A DNA stretch of 64,000 nt from positions 1 to 64,000 of the IMG/VR virus record IMGVR_UViG_2609460327_000001; one strand, 5' to 3'. Below the pieces are notes generated by a model. The model did no database searches. It was not told where the DNA came from and saw nothing but the letters and a program-made list of their open reading frames with translations. Shown piece by piece: positions 27,866-37,481 of the stretch (position 1 is the stretch's first letter; the number at the start of each line of letters is the position of its first letter). The stretch is from a virus (taxonomy: Duplodnaviria; Caudoviricetes). Position numbers and translations under genes: made by a program.

Positions 27866-29047
27866 TTAAAATTCGATATCAGAAAAGATGCTTTGAACTT
27901 TCTCTTGCTCTGCTTTTTGCTTGCTTAATCTCAAAATGGCATGTCGATCGGAAGCAAAAGTATCCTTGTAGTCCGCATAGAAAGGATCATTGGATTCCAC
28001 AGACTTAAGGTTGTTACGAGATTCTACAGCCTTTGCTATAAGATCCACCTCTGACAAGTCAACAATCTTATCAAGATAAAGAGAAGCTGCATTCAATTGC
28101 AATGAATGTGATGCAAGCTCTGAAGGGAAAGAAGTGGAACCTTGTGCGCTGGCGCTGAGAGTGTATAGCAACTTTTCATCAAGGTTATAAAAAATAAATT
28201 CATATCGTTCCAAATTAGATAGGATAGTTTTATCATTTCCGATAGGGAGCGTTAAATCATGGACAATATATCGATTTGATCCGCTGTCCTTAACTTCAAT
28301 TTCCAAGGACTCAAAAATACCGATATCTTCGTTCTTTTCTCTGTCCCAAATAATGCCTAGTCCTCCAACGAATGCTTTATTGCCAATCTTGAAATACAGA
28401 TTGCCAACTTGCTTTTGGCCCTCAATATGAAGATCAATCGCCTCACCGAGGGTGTTTCGGAATAAGTCTGTTTGCTCGATACGTTTGTTCTTGTTCTCAG
28501 TTTTATGCGCCAGATCAGACATTAGTTGCTCAAACTGCTCTCTAGAAGTTTTCGCTTTGATTTTAGTATCAGAAAGCTTAGCCACAAAATAAATATTCTC
28601 TTCATCATTAGGCTCAATTTCCAGAGAAAGATCCATCTTCTGGAGCCTCATTGTTTCGCAAGAGAATAAATAGTCAGGGTTCATAACAGTCTTGTTAACA
28701 ATCGAATAGTCAATGTAATCCATTTCATTCGGATTATGAGGATTCGGAATTGGCATGTGAAGTACCTCCAATATTTCTTTGTAATGTTGTTGAATTGATA
28801 AAAGTCCAGATAGCTCTACAGCATAACTCATTAACAGCTGATCGCTTGGAATACGAAATGCTGCAGGCAGATTCTCTGCAAGCTCGGTATTATTTAATGC
28901 GATCGATTGAAGCGCCTTAAACGCGCTATTCGGATCAGATCGCGACACTGCCTCAGCATGCGCTTCAAGACCCGGAGTAATATCAACAGAACGATTGCCA
29001 TCACTTAGTGTCACAAGTAATTCGGATAAGTCGAGATCATCACCCAT
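27866..29047 (-). CDS. Hypothetical protein (393 aa)
   Basis: Long ORF translationally coupled within the operon. Confidence 0.75.
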   Translation of the reverse strand: MGDDLDLSELLVTLSDGNRSVDITPGLEAHAEAVSRSDPNSAFKALQSIALNNTELAENLPAAFRIPSDQLLMSYAVELSGLLSIQQHYKEILEVLHMPIPNPHNPNEMDYIDYSIVNKTVMNPDYLFSCETMRLQKMDLSLEIEPNDEENIYFVAKLSDTKIKAKTSREQFEQLMSDLAHKTENKNKRIEQTDLFRNTLGEAIDLHIEGQKQVGNLYFKIGNKAFVGGLGIIWDREKNEDIGIFESLEIEVKDSGSNRYIVHDLTLPIGNDKTILSNLERYEFIFYNLDEKLLYTLSASAQGSTSFPSELASHSLQLNAASLYLDKIVDLSEVDLIAKAVESRNNLKSVESNDPFYADYKDTFASDRHAILRLSKQKAEQEKVQSIFSDIEF

Positions 29048-29895
29048 TAAGCACCGCCCATTTTGGCCATTGCCTTATCACGCTTGCGATATAATTTTGA
29101 GCATGTTGAATCACAGAATGTTCTTCGTTGATCTTCGAGCCCATGACCGCAGCATTTGCAATGTTTCAGGCGAAGGTGCTCTTCCATCCATTCGTCTGCA
29201 TGCAGAAAGATAAAAGAGTTTTCTTTCAGAGTCGCTTGCGTATCAAATACGCGCTGATTACTAGAGCCAACAAACATACCCTCGTTCATATACTTCTCAG
29301 TAGGAATACGATGCTTAGCTTGGTAATCTCCATCAACAAGCAGATCAATTACAGACATTAATTCTTTGATTTGATCAGGCGTAGCTATAGTAAAACGGTC
29401 TTGCTCATCGTTCCAATCTTCACTATAGGCAAGAAGCGTTTCTTTAACAGGTTCTTCATCTACATTTCGGATACGATAAGTGATGCCGTTTTTGAGCAAA
29501 TTTTCGAGAACATAAGCAGTGTAAACCACAATATGAAATCTAGGATTCCTGCGTTTTAATTCGGTGCAGACTTTAATAAGATTCCGTGTTTGTAGAAGTG
29601 GCTCTCCCCCGCAGAAAGTAATCTGTAGATTCCATGCATCTCGCTCAAGCATGTATACCACTTCATCGACTTTCATATCTCTCCTTAGCCCTCCAAATTC
29701 CCATGTAGCTGGATTGAAGCAGCCTTCGCAAGGGTTAACTATTCCTCGTATACATCCTTTTAAAAACAGTTCCAAGCGCTTTCCTGGACCTGCTGTAGTT
29801 GCATCTTTGGTCACACCAATAAAACGCATTTCTTGACGTTTCATATCTACCTCATGAACGCCTGCCAAATGGCGTATGTAACTTGAGTTAATCAT
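29047..29895 (-). CDS. NrdG-like radical SAM (4Fe-4S single cluster) protein with C-terminal zinc finger
   Basis: GPGKR, C-x7-C-x2-C, GGEPLLQ, DLLVDG and GSSNQR motifs; ATG 29895 has an RBS. Confidence 0.8.
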   Translation of the reverse strand: MINSSYIRHLAGVHEVDMKRQEMRFIGVTKDATTAGPGKRLELFLKGCIRGIVNPCEGCFNPATWEFGGLRRDMKVDEVVYMLERDAWNLQITFCGGEPLLQTRNLIKVCTELKRRNPRFHIVVYTAYVLENLLKNGITYRIRNVDEEPVKETLLAYSEDWNDEQDRFTIATPDQIKELMSVIDLLVDGDYQAKHRIPTEKYMNEGMFVGSSNQRVFDTQATLKENSFIFLHADEWMEEHLRLKHCKCCGHGLEDQRRTFCDSTCSKLYRKRDKAMAKMGGA

Positions 29896-29912
29896 TACCT
29901 CACTCCTACAAT

Positions 29913-29958
29913 TGTAATGCGTTACATTCAATATAAACTATAACATAGGGAAAAACAA
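29913..29958 (-). promoter_or_regulatory. Sigma-A-like promoter plus operator heading the radical SAM/AAA operon
   Basis: TTGTTT-17-TATATT followed by TGTAACGCATTACA (29913-29926). Confidence 0.55.
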
Positions 29959-30050
29959 GAAAAATCTGCAGTATTTCAAAGAAAAATGAATTATTGCATT
30001 AGAAGAAGCACGAATTTATGATCATGCGTCTTCTGATACGCTAATGCATT

Positions 30051-30078
30051 AAAAAAGGCGCCACCGTAAGGCAGCGCC
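30051..30078 (-). terminator. Intrinsic terminator
   Basis: GGCGCTGCC-TTAC-GGTGGCGCC-TTTTTT. Confidence 0.75.
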
Positions 30079-30084
30079 ACAACA

Positions 30085-30819
30085 CTAATTCATTTTTACA
30101 TATAAGGATTTATCTGCAGGCACATAGTTTACGCAGCCTGGAATCCATTCTTGAAATTGCTTAATCGTTTCGGCAACTTTCGCATCATGCTGATTTCTTA
30201 CTTCTTTCTTCAGATCGGCATACTTAGATTGGATCGGCTTCTTGTCAGCAGCCTTCTTAATATCCTTTGTTTCGTCTGAATATTGCTGATCCAGATCGTC
30301 TAACTTTTTCTTACGATCTTCTTCTAGCTTTTCAATTGCCTCATCGAGCGTCTTTATGAAGTAATTTTTAATAGCTGTTTCATCCAGAACAGGAGCTTTT
30401 AAGAACTGCTCCTTCATGTTTTGCTTTTCAAGCATTTGAGTAAGCTCATCAATATCAGCAATCTCGATCTTGTGCTTAACGGTGCGCGTCCCAACGGTGG
30501 CCACATCAAGAGCAAGACTCTCGCCTCGATTTTTGACATAACTCTCAATCGTTTGATTGATCTGTTCGATCTGTTCATCTTTACGATTGATTCTTTGTTT
30601 CCATTCAGATGCTACTATATCTGCCATTTGCTTAGTCTTTTCTTTTTCCTGGAGCAAGTATTTTCGACGAATGATCATGCGACGAATATCCATGTCGTTC
30701 AGTTCACGAGTAACCCCGCCGTTCTCTTTAGCGGCTTCCAGCATTTCATCGACTGCATTCATGATATCATCATGCTCAAACATATAAGCTGAATCTAATA
30801 GTGTATTCATTATTAACAT
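30085..30819 (-). CDS. Mu Gam/Gp157-like coiled-coil DNA-end protection protein
   Basis: Coiled coil, then SLAL..ATVGTR and VLDETAIK patterns. Confidence 0.55.
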   Translation of the reverse strand: MLIMNTLLDSAYMFEHDDIMNAVDEMLEAAKENGGVTRELNDMDIRRMIIRRKYLLQEKEKTKQMADIVASEWKQRINRKDEQIEQINQTIESYVKNRGESLALDVATVGTRTVKHKIEIADIDELTQMLEKQNMKEQFLKAPVLDETAIKNYFIKTLDEAIEKLEEDRKKKLDDLDQQYSDETKDIKKAADKKPIQSKYADLKKEVRNQHDAKVAETIKQFQEWIPGCVNYVPADKSLYVKMN

Positions 30820-30862
30820 CCTTCCTGTGTTTTGATTTTATGATGTAATTAAAAAAGACTAT

Positions 30863-30892
30863 CAAAAAGCCCCCGCCGGCGTTAGTCGGCCT
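30863..30892 (-). repeat. Hairpin-box junction element, copy 3 (loop supplies the upstream stop codon)
   Basis: GCCGAC-TAAC-GCCGGC-GGGGGCTTTTTG. Confidence 0.75.
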
Positions 30893-31433
30893 GCGCTGCA
30901 TTAAGTTGATCCTGAAGATGACGCAAATTCTGATTCAGTATTTGAATCGTCTGAATATATGCAAGCATACGATCATATGTCATAACGACATAATCGGTAT
31001 TTTGACCTTTGAATGTGAACGGAAGGAAGTAGAAGTCACGATTCATTAGTCGCGCTTCTTCTTCCAGCTTATCAAGCCACTCTTTCTTGATCGTAATTTG
31101 CTTCTCTCCGGACTTGCTTAGCGTTCCACGCTCTTTAAATTCGGCCAGAGCAGCTGTAAGATCCTCTTCGGTAATCATGTCTCCTAGAGAGTGATACAGA
31201 GCGCCTGATGCGAACTGACGACGCGCTACGTCTTTTGCTTGTCTTATCGCCTGGTTGTATTTCTTCGTACCGCGCTCTTCAAATGCCATTCCTTCTTTAT
31301 CGCTCTTTTTGGCACCGGAGCGCTGCCCAAGCCGCCGTACTTCTTTCTTAGGACGAAACATGTTGTAGTTGAAACATCGGCGGCAGGACTTGTCCACGTT
31401 TTCACACTCAGAGGCGTGCTCACATTCAGACAT
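30882..31433 (-). CDS. PD-(D/E)XK nuclease, Holliday junction resolvase-like
   Basis: G..FE..RR..ASGA..GD..AEFK..ITIKKEWLDKL pattern. Confidence 0.7.
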   Translation of the reverse strand: MSECEHASECENVDKSCRRCFNYNMFRPKKEVRRLGQRSGAKKSDKEGMAFEERGTKKYNQAIRQAKDVARRQFASGALYHSLGDMITEEDLTAALAEFKERGTLSKSGEKQITIKKEWLDKLEEEARLMNRDFYFLPFTFKGQNTDYVVMTYDRMLAYIQTIQILNQNLRHLQDQLNAAQAD

Positions 31434-31496
31434 ATTGCTCCTCCTTGCATATATCAAAATAGCGGACTGGAGGACCAGACCGCTTTCTTTTCGAGT

Positions 31497-31961
31497 CTAC
31501 ATTGCTGAGGCCAGTTCATTTTTAAGCAGCGCATTGTTTGTAATCTTTGCGCCCATCTTGCCTTCAAGAGCTCTAACTGTAGATTGCATTGAGTAATAAT
31601 TGCTTAAGATATTGTCTTGAAGCTCATAAAGATTTACGGCTTCAAAAGGATATCCAGTTACTGGAAACGCCCTGGCATGTTGGATTCCGCCAGCTTTCCT
31701 TGCAGCGTCATTCGGACCGGCATACAAATCTTTCAAAACACTTTCGAGCAGACTATCCATAATATCTTTTAATTTACGGATTCTGCCGAAGTCATAGACC
31801 GCTCTTGTGTTAAGTTCATCCAGTCTGACGTTAAAATCAAGCAGTGTCTCTGCTGTATTTTCAGACGGTACCCTTAAGTTTTTTGTTTCCTGTTCATACT
31901 CAAAGGTTAAACGATTCCATGCCATGAAATTTTCACGCAATATGATGTCGATAATAGCCAA
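31497..31961 (-). CDS. Hypothetical protein
   Basis: AGGAG RBS, TTG start. Confidence 0.7.
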   Translation of the reverse strand: MAIIDIILRENFMAWNRLTFEYEQETKNLRVPSENTAETLLDFNVRLDELNTRAVYDFGRIRKLKDIMDSLLESVLKDLYAGPNDAARKAGGIQHARAFPVTGYPFEAVNLYELQDNILSNYYSMQSTVRALEGKMGAKITNNALLKNELASAM

Positions 31962-31982
31962 ATGTAATCACTCCTAACTACA

Positions 31983-32588
31983 TTACCATAATACATATTG
32001 AGTAGGCTGAAACTCTCCCATTTCATCACGAACACTCTGATCAATAGGGATCGGGTTCGTGAAACGGCAAATAGCTTCGACAAAGCAAAGAGCACCATTA
32101 TCATCATAGACCGGGCTCAGCTTAACTGTATAAGACTCTCCCGTGTTGCCGCGACTGATAAAGTCTACTGTTTCCCCGTTCCATGCGCGGAAATAGCAAT
32201 CCCGCACATGTTCCAGGTTATCTAAAGGCATAAACTCTTTTGAAAGCTCCCTGCCAAGGAATTGATGCGAAGTCACTCCAACTCTGCAACAAAATTCGCA
32301 GTCCACTTCAACATGTAATAACTTACCTTTGACCATAGCGATGCGGTAATATGATTCATCCAAACAAGGTCTCTCATAATTATCCAGCATCATAGAAAGG
32401 TTATCGCAAAATTCATCCTCAATCCGCTCCTTCACTAAACCGCTAAAGGATGGATTGCTTGAAAATTGAACCATTAATTGCTCCTTAAAATTCTCAATCG
32501 TGCTGCTTTTTCCGCTCATAACGGCACTTGCAACCCATCTTGCAAAAGTATCGGATGTGCGATTTGATTTGGTCAAAAGATTAAGCAT
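31983..32588 (-). CDS. PAS-domain protein
   Basis: FLGRELS..RAWNGETV..YTVKLSPVYDDNG PAS/PAC signature. Confidence 0.65.
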   Translation of the reverse strand: MLNLLTKSNRTSDTFARWVASAVMSGKSSTIENFKEQLMVQFSSNPSFSGLVKERIEDEFCDNLSMMLDNYERPCLDESYYRIAMVKGKLLHVEVDCEFCCRVGVTSHQFLGRELSKEFMPLDNLEHVRDCYFRAWNGETVDFISRGNTGESYTVKLSPVYDDNGALCFVEAICRFTNPIPIDQSVRDEMGEFQPTQYVLW

Positions 32589-32610
32589 GTGGACGTGTTC
32601 CCCCTCGAAC

Positions 32611-33312
32611 TTAGTGTGTCTTTACGAGATAGGCTCGAACGCCATCACCAATGTCCGTGATTCCTACGAATTGACCGTCATTAAACGGATTCACTCCATC
32701 TGTGTTGATTTGTTTCAACTCATTCTGCAGCGAAGCTAATGATTCGTTCAAAGCGCGGATCTCCTCATTCTTTGCATCGAGCTGAACATACAGCTGCTTC
32801 TTCTCCGTTTTCAACTGATGAATCTCCTTATCACGATTCACTAGAAGCTTTTCAAACCGCTGTAAATGACTGTTCAATTTGTCAGCCAGATTGAGTATTT
32901 CAGACACTTGTTCTTCTTCATTAGGCAAGCCTAAGAAGACATACTCGTGTGGTGTCGTGCTATCAGGCGACTGTCTAATATCAATTATGCCTTCAGCTTT
33001 CAAACGATTAACCGCGCGTGAAATCGTTGCGGTGCTAATGGCAGAACCTTTTTTGCTTTTGGAACTTGCGCCGCCCACGGAATGAACTTTTCGGACAGAG
33101 ATGCGATCCTTAAACATTTCGCTAATGCTTTCAGCCATTTGAATCATAGATTCTTGTACGGATCCCTGTTCTTCTGTTTTAAGCTTTATATACTCATAAA
33201 CTAACATTTCATTCTTCGTCAGGCGACTTTCCAGATAATTTTCAGACACGACTTCATCCTCCTCGCAATTTTGCATCGCCTTTTGGCACAAAGCAACGCA
33301 ATACAATTTCAC
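32611..33312 (-). CDS. Winged-HTH plus coiled-coil protein
   Basis: STATISRAVNRLKAEGII; true start may be GTG 33249. Confidence 0.7.
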   Translation of the reverse strand: MKLYCVALCQKAMQNCEEDEVVSENYLESRLTKNEMLVYEYIKLKTEEQGSVQESMIQMAESISEMFKDRISVRKVHSVGGASSKSKKGSAISTATISRAVNRLKAEGIIDIRQSPDSTTPHEYVFLGLPNEEEQVSEILNLADKLNSHLQRFEKLLVNRDKEIHQLKTEKKQLYVQLDAKNEEIRALNESLASLQNELKQINTDGVNPFNDGQFVGITDIGDGVRAYLVKTH

Positions 33313-33326
33313 TTGTTACGATAAAG

Positions 33327-33365
33327 TATAACACGTTACAAAGTGAAAAGATATAATGCGTTACA
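33327..33365 (-). promoter_or_regulatory. Two 14-bp operators over an extended -10 element
   Basis: TATAACACGTTACA and TATAATGCGTTACA; TG-T-TATACT on the minus strand. Confidence 0.55.
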
Positions 33366-33532
33366 TTTTTGCAACGGCTATCTCGCGAAAGAGGCATTTT
33401 ACTCTGTATACCTAGGGATTTTGCGCGATACAAAGGAAAAAGCAAGGTTAAAAAAAGGCTGGACAGTATCCCGAAAGAAAGGAGTAAACTGACCAGCCTC
33501 AACTGAACATTTATTTTCAGTTAATTGCTATC

Positions 33533-33946
33533 TTAAGTTCGAGTGACCGACTTAGAGCCGGTCACTCTTTCTTGTGCTATTAATTTTTCAATGTCCATAT
33601 TCATATTCAAAATAAAAACAGAGAATCCGCCTTCTGTATTAAGTTTCAGATAAGAGTCTGTAACTTCAAGATCTGAGTGAATCGAAGCAAGTGTGACGCT
33701 AATCATAGGGAGAAGAATTTTTTTATAGTCTTCAATCATGGCATGCGTTACATTTGATATTTCAAGATGCTTGTACATTAGCTTTTCTAACTGCGTCATT
33801 TCTAGCCTGCAACGAATTACAATCATGGAATCTATAATGCGAACTCTGCATTCTGTAGGACCCCGCCCAATGACTTTCTTTCCGATTCTGGCGGATTCCA
33901 TAGCAAGATTCTTCTCTAGCTGTCTTATTTCCATTGCTAAAACCAC
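33533..33946 (-). CDS. DUF2294/MpsC-family protein
   Basis: KKVIGRGP..RV.I.D.MIVI..T.LEK pattern. Confidence 0.7.
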   Translation of the reverse strand: MVLAMEIRQLEKNLAMESARIGKKVIGRGPTECRVRIIDSMIVIRCRLEMTQLEKLMYKHLEISNVTHAMIEDYKKILLPMISVTLASIHSDLEVTDSYLKLNTEGGFSVFILNMNMDIEKLIAQERVTGSKSVTRT

Positions 33947-34073
33947 GCTTCTGCTCGATCCCGCAAGAATCCTCTTGTTTCCTGCGATTATCGATTACTT
34001 TTTTGATTATAAATACTTTGTCGTATAGTGTCAACGAAATATTGGAAATTCCATGAAAAATTTATAACGAGGC

Positions 34074-34316
34074 TTACTTTCTTTCCCAAATATGAAAGTT
34101 GTGTATCGCGGCGTCCAATTCAACATCGTAAATGCCTCGTATTTTAGCGATAGCCCTGATCTCATCCACATTGTAGATGCGATAACTATGGCGTGGACTG
34201 TTTTTAATAGAACGTCTAGCTCTGGGAATTAGATTTCTTTCCTCCCAGTACTTGATCGTATCCTTATGAACGCCAAGGATCTTGGCTGCTTCGTTGATAG
34301 TGTAGTCCTTGCTCAT
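34074..34316 (-). CDS. MerR-type HTH protein
   Basis: YTINEAAKILGVHKDTIKYWE..YRIY. Confidence 0.85.
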   Translation of the reverse strand: MSKDYTINEAAKILGVHKDTIKYWEERNLIPRARRSIKNSPRHSYRIYNVDEIRAIAKIRGIYDVELDAAIHNFHIWERK

Positions 34317-34891
34317 GCTGTCCTCATCCCCTGTAAAACATTTAAAATATAGTTAAACTGCCCCCGAAGCGTGTCTAAAACAATCGCCTCTTCTGCATCA
34401 GCAAATGAATATGTTGCTAATGCATGTGTATATGGCGCTATCTGAACATACTGACCAAACTGAGGTTGTTGCATAATTGTACTAGAAATCTTGTATCCTA
34501 AACAAACTATAATAGAGGGGCGAACTGTTAAAATCTCACCGGTAAGATGATGGGCACATTTGGCGGAGTCTTGGGACTCTGAGCATTTTGTAAGGGAAGT
34601 TAAATAGACGTCTTTAAGATCAATACCCATTTCAACCAATAATTTACCAAGTTTTCCGCCTCGCTTGCCATCATACAAAACATCGTCGGGAGTCTCCCCG
34701 ACGATCATAATTGAAGCATCAAAATTGTTGAGAGGCAGCGGCTTGGTAAGTTTAGCAAACGGACATAATCTGCAGTTTTGTATATCTTGACGCAACATGT
34801 CATGAGATTGTTGCAGCATACACTCCTGCGGCATATCATTAAGCAATTCATTATAGTAAACTGGTTTTTCGGCCGCTGCCATATCAACCAC
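34313..34891 (-). CDS. Family-4 uracil-DNA glycosylase-like protein (degenerate)
   Basis: CRLC, IMIVGETP, YLTSLTKC, IIVCLG; no HP motif. Confidence 0.7.
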   Translation of the reverse strand: MVDMAAAEKPVYYNELLNDMPQECMLQQSHDMLRQDIQNCRLCPFAKLTKPLPLNNFDASIMIVGETPDDVLYDGKRGGKLGKLLVEMGIDLKDVYLTSLTKCSESQDSAKCAHHLTGEILTVRPSIIVCLGYKISSTIMQQPQFGQYVQIAPYTHALATYSFADAEEAIVLDTLRGQFNYILNVLQGMRTA

Positions 34892-34898
34892 TCCTTAT

Positions 34899-36089
34899 TT
34901 AGAGTAATACTTCTTCTTCAGTTGCGCCTTCCAAATCATCGGGCTCCTCATCTGAATCAGATTCATCTACAAAAACAGTATCGCTTGGAATATTTCCAAG
35001 AACAAGATTATTTGTATATTCATACAGTGCTGGGCTAACTCTTAAAGCTTGAAGCAATTGCTCTTTCCCTTGCCACTTGAGTTCATTACCAGATCCATCT
35101 GTGAAAGGATTCTTTGAATCATCAGGGTCGGCACCATAAAAATAATAAGCTCCTTTACGATGAATGATATCTAAATCACAAGCGACATCCATAATATTCT
35201 TCACACGATCAACGCCACCGACCCAATAGTAATCATACTCAGCGGTTGTAAACGGAACGGCGACCTTATTCTTCTTGAAATGAAGAGTAGTTGCCAGGCC
35301 AACCTCAGATCCGCCTTTTTCGATCTTTGTAGCTTTTACTTCGATACGCATTGATGCATAAAATCTAAGAGCAAGACCGCCAGGAGTTGTATTTACTACT
35401 GCTCCTTTTAAGCCTGGCTTTTGACGAAGTTGATTAATAAAAATAAAAGTAGTTCCCGTTTTTTGAGCAGGACCTTTCAATTTACGCAGCCCTTTTCCTA
35501 ACATTCGAGCTTGAAGTCCGATCGGATTATACTCCATATCATTTTCAACTTCTGCAAGAGGCACCAACGCTGCTGCTGAATCGACTATTACAAGACCGAA
35601 CTGCTCAGATAAGCACATAGCCTCCATTAGATCAAAGGCTCCTTCCCCTGTCTCTGGTTGGTTGATCAACATCCCATTTGCCGAAGTGTCTACGCCCAAG
35701 TTAGAGACATGATAAGGGTCTAAAGCATGTTCAGCATCTATAAACCCTACCTTCTTTCCGAAGAAGGGTCCTGGAAGCTTTGCTAACTCCTGAAATTTTC
35801 CTGCAAGCATTAAGCACAAACTTGTTTTACCGGATGACTCTGGACCGTAAATCTCGATTATACGACCAGAAGGAACCCCTCCAATGCCTGTTGCAAAATC
35901 GAATGCCGGTATACCAGAAGGAATAGGAGTAACTTGAGTGCGCTCATTTCCTTCAAGTGTAAAGAAAGTGCCTTCGCCAAAGCGCTTATTAAAATCGGCT
36001 TGGATTGCTTTATTATCCATCATAACCGGATTTTTAGGCTTAGCCGATTCTTTCTCATCGTTTTTTTTAGCCTTCGTTGTTGCTGCCAT
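34899..36089 (-). CDS. recA: Recombinase RecA
   Basis: EIYGPESSGKT, FIDAEHALDP, IGLQARM, FINQLR, GGLALRFYAS; ATG 36089 has an AAGGAG RBS. Confidence 0.95.
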   Translation of the reverse strand: MAATTKAKKNDEKESAKPKNPVMMDNKAIQADFNKRFGEGTFFTLEGNERTQVTPIPSGIPAFDFATGIGGVPSGRIIEIYGPESSGKTSLCLMLAGKFQELAKLPGPFFGKKVGFIDAEHALDPYHVSNLGVDTSANGMLINQPETGEGAFDLMEAMCLSEQFGLVIVDSAAALVPLAEVENDMEYNPIGLQARMLGKGLRKLKGPAQKTGTTFIFINQLRQKPGLKGAVVNTTPGGLALRFYASMRIEVKATKIEKGGSEVGLATTLHFKKNKVAVPFTTAEYDYYWVGGVDRVKNIMDVACDLDIIHRKGAYYFYGADPDDSKNPFTDGSGNELKWQGKEQLLQALRVSPALYEYTNNLVLGNIPSDTVFVDESDSDEEPDDLEGATEEEVLL

Positions 36090-36453
36090 GATTGTACACT
36101 CCTTTATAGTTGACGATAAAATCATCAACCCCTACTTTTATCTTGTGCAGGTCGCCAATAGCGGCGCGGAGTGTTGCAATCAAATGTTCGTCTCCAGCCG
36201 CTACGGCTGACTCTAATTCTGTTGTTAACGCTCGGCCTCGGGCCTGAAGCGTTCTGGAAAAGAACTGTGCAGAAATCACCTGGGCATGATCCGGAATATC
36301 CTTATCATCTTTGATCATGTTGTGAATCTTGGTTAAAGATTCTTCATACATGCGCCCTTTCGCTCCCTGCACGTTCATCCCCTTATCCCGATAGAATGAG
36401 AAGATGCCGTGCAGGAAGCGTGAAATGGCTTCTGCAGGTTTATGCTGAGACAT
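36067..36453 (-). CDS. Hypothetical protein
   Basis: Lies between ssb and recA. Confidence 0.7.
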   Translation of the reverse strand: MSQHKPAEAISRFLHGIFSFYRDKGMNVQGAKGRMYEESLTKIHNMIKDDKDIPDHAQVISAQFFSRTLQARGRALTTELESAVAAGDEHLIATLRAAIGDLHKIKVGVDDFIVNYKGVYNHGSNNEG

Positions 36454-36476
36454 AATGCATCACCTGCTTAAAAGGA

Positions 36477-37241
36477 TTAGCGTTGCGGTGCGCCGAATGG
36501 TGGTTGGAAATTACCTTGTGGCGGCTGGTTTTGAGGCATGCCTCCTTGTTGTGGGGCGCCAAATCCTGCAGGTTGTTGCTGACCAAATCCATTTTGTTGC
36601 TGGTTAAATCCTTGTTGATTACCCCAAGCAGGAGCGCCTTGTTGAGGCTGTTGCGGTTGCTGTTGGAACCCACCTTGCTGAGGCTGTTGCTGTTGGAAGC
36701 CTCCAGCTTGTTGCTGGCCAAACCCTTGTTGCGGCTGTTGCTGATAACCCTGTTGCTGGAATCCTCCGCCTTGTTGCTGTTGTTGACCAAAGCCGCCTTG
36801 TTGTTGATTAGATCCATTACCAGATTGATTGTTATTGCTAGAACCCAGACCTTGGATTTTGCTAACTTTGATGGTCGGAAACATACGGCCATCTGTGTTT
36901 TTCTTCAGCATTGGAATACCTTTGATGAAGAGTTGGCGACCCTTATAGCAGTGTTCCATCAGAAATTTAAAGTTACCGTCACGGTCGCCGTTCGCCCAAA
37001 CTTCAAGATTCCAATAATCCGGTTCAGATTGACCTTGGTGATTAACAGCTACACTTGCATTAGCAACTTTAGAATCTCCAACAGCTCTTGCATAAGCATG
37101 TACGCGATCGCCGTTTTGATTGTTTGGATCCTTTACAGTAGCCAAATTAACGATGAGCTCGATTTCTGCGTGGGAAGGCATGCTGTTCCCCTGATTGTTA
37201 TTTCCTTGTTGACCTTGACCATTATTTTGATAGTTAGACAT
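36477..37241 (-). CDS. ssb: Single-stranded DNA-binding protein with a Q/G-rich tail
   Basis: VAN.SVAVN..DYWNLEVW..KGRQLFIKG OB-fold pattern. Confidence 0.75.
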   Translation of the reverse strand: MSNYQNNGQGQQGNNNQGNSMPSHAEIELIVNLATVKDPNNQNGDRVHAYARAVGDSKVANASVAVNHQGQSEPDYWNLEVWANGDRDGNFKFLMEHCYKGRQLFIKGIPMLKKNTDGRMFPTIKVSKIQGLGSSNNNQSGNGSNQQQGGFGQQQQQGGGFQQQGYQQQPQQGFGQQQAGGFQQQQPQQGGFQQQPQQPQQGAPAWGNQQGFNQQQNGFGQQQPAGFGAPQQGGMPQNQPPQGNFQPPFGAPQR

Positions 37242-37279
37242 GTGAAAGTCCTCCTCAAGAGTAATTTAATTTATAATTT

Positions 37280-37307
37280 CAAAAAGCCTATGGAGCGTTA
37301 GCGACCT
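37280..37307 (-). repeat. Hairpin-box junction element, copy 4 (weak-stem subtype)
   Basis: GGTCGC-TAAC-GCTCC-ATAGGCTTTTTG. Confidence 0.7.
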
Positions 37308-37481
37308 AATACGAAAGCTTGTAGAGAATACGTTTTTCCTCATGAACAATAGAAGTTAAAGTAAGTATGTGATCTGAATTATCGCTAAAATGTGCAGCGA
37401 AGCGATCACCAATTTCTATATCTCGTTCAACAGGATACATGAAGTGCTGTTCGGTGCCGTCTGGCAAAACAAACACATTTC

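Noticed and set aside
29047-29895. Assigning the gene symbol nrdG
   Set aside because: Atypical Cys spacing and no nrdD in the window
36440-36892. Alternative-frame 150-aa S/N/K-rich ORF and apparent tandem repeats
   Set aside because: By-product of the CAA/CAG-rich SSB tail
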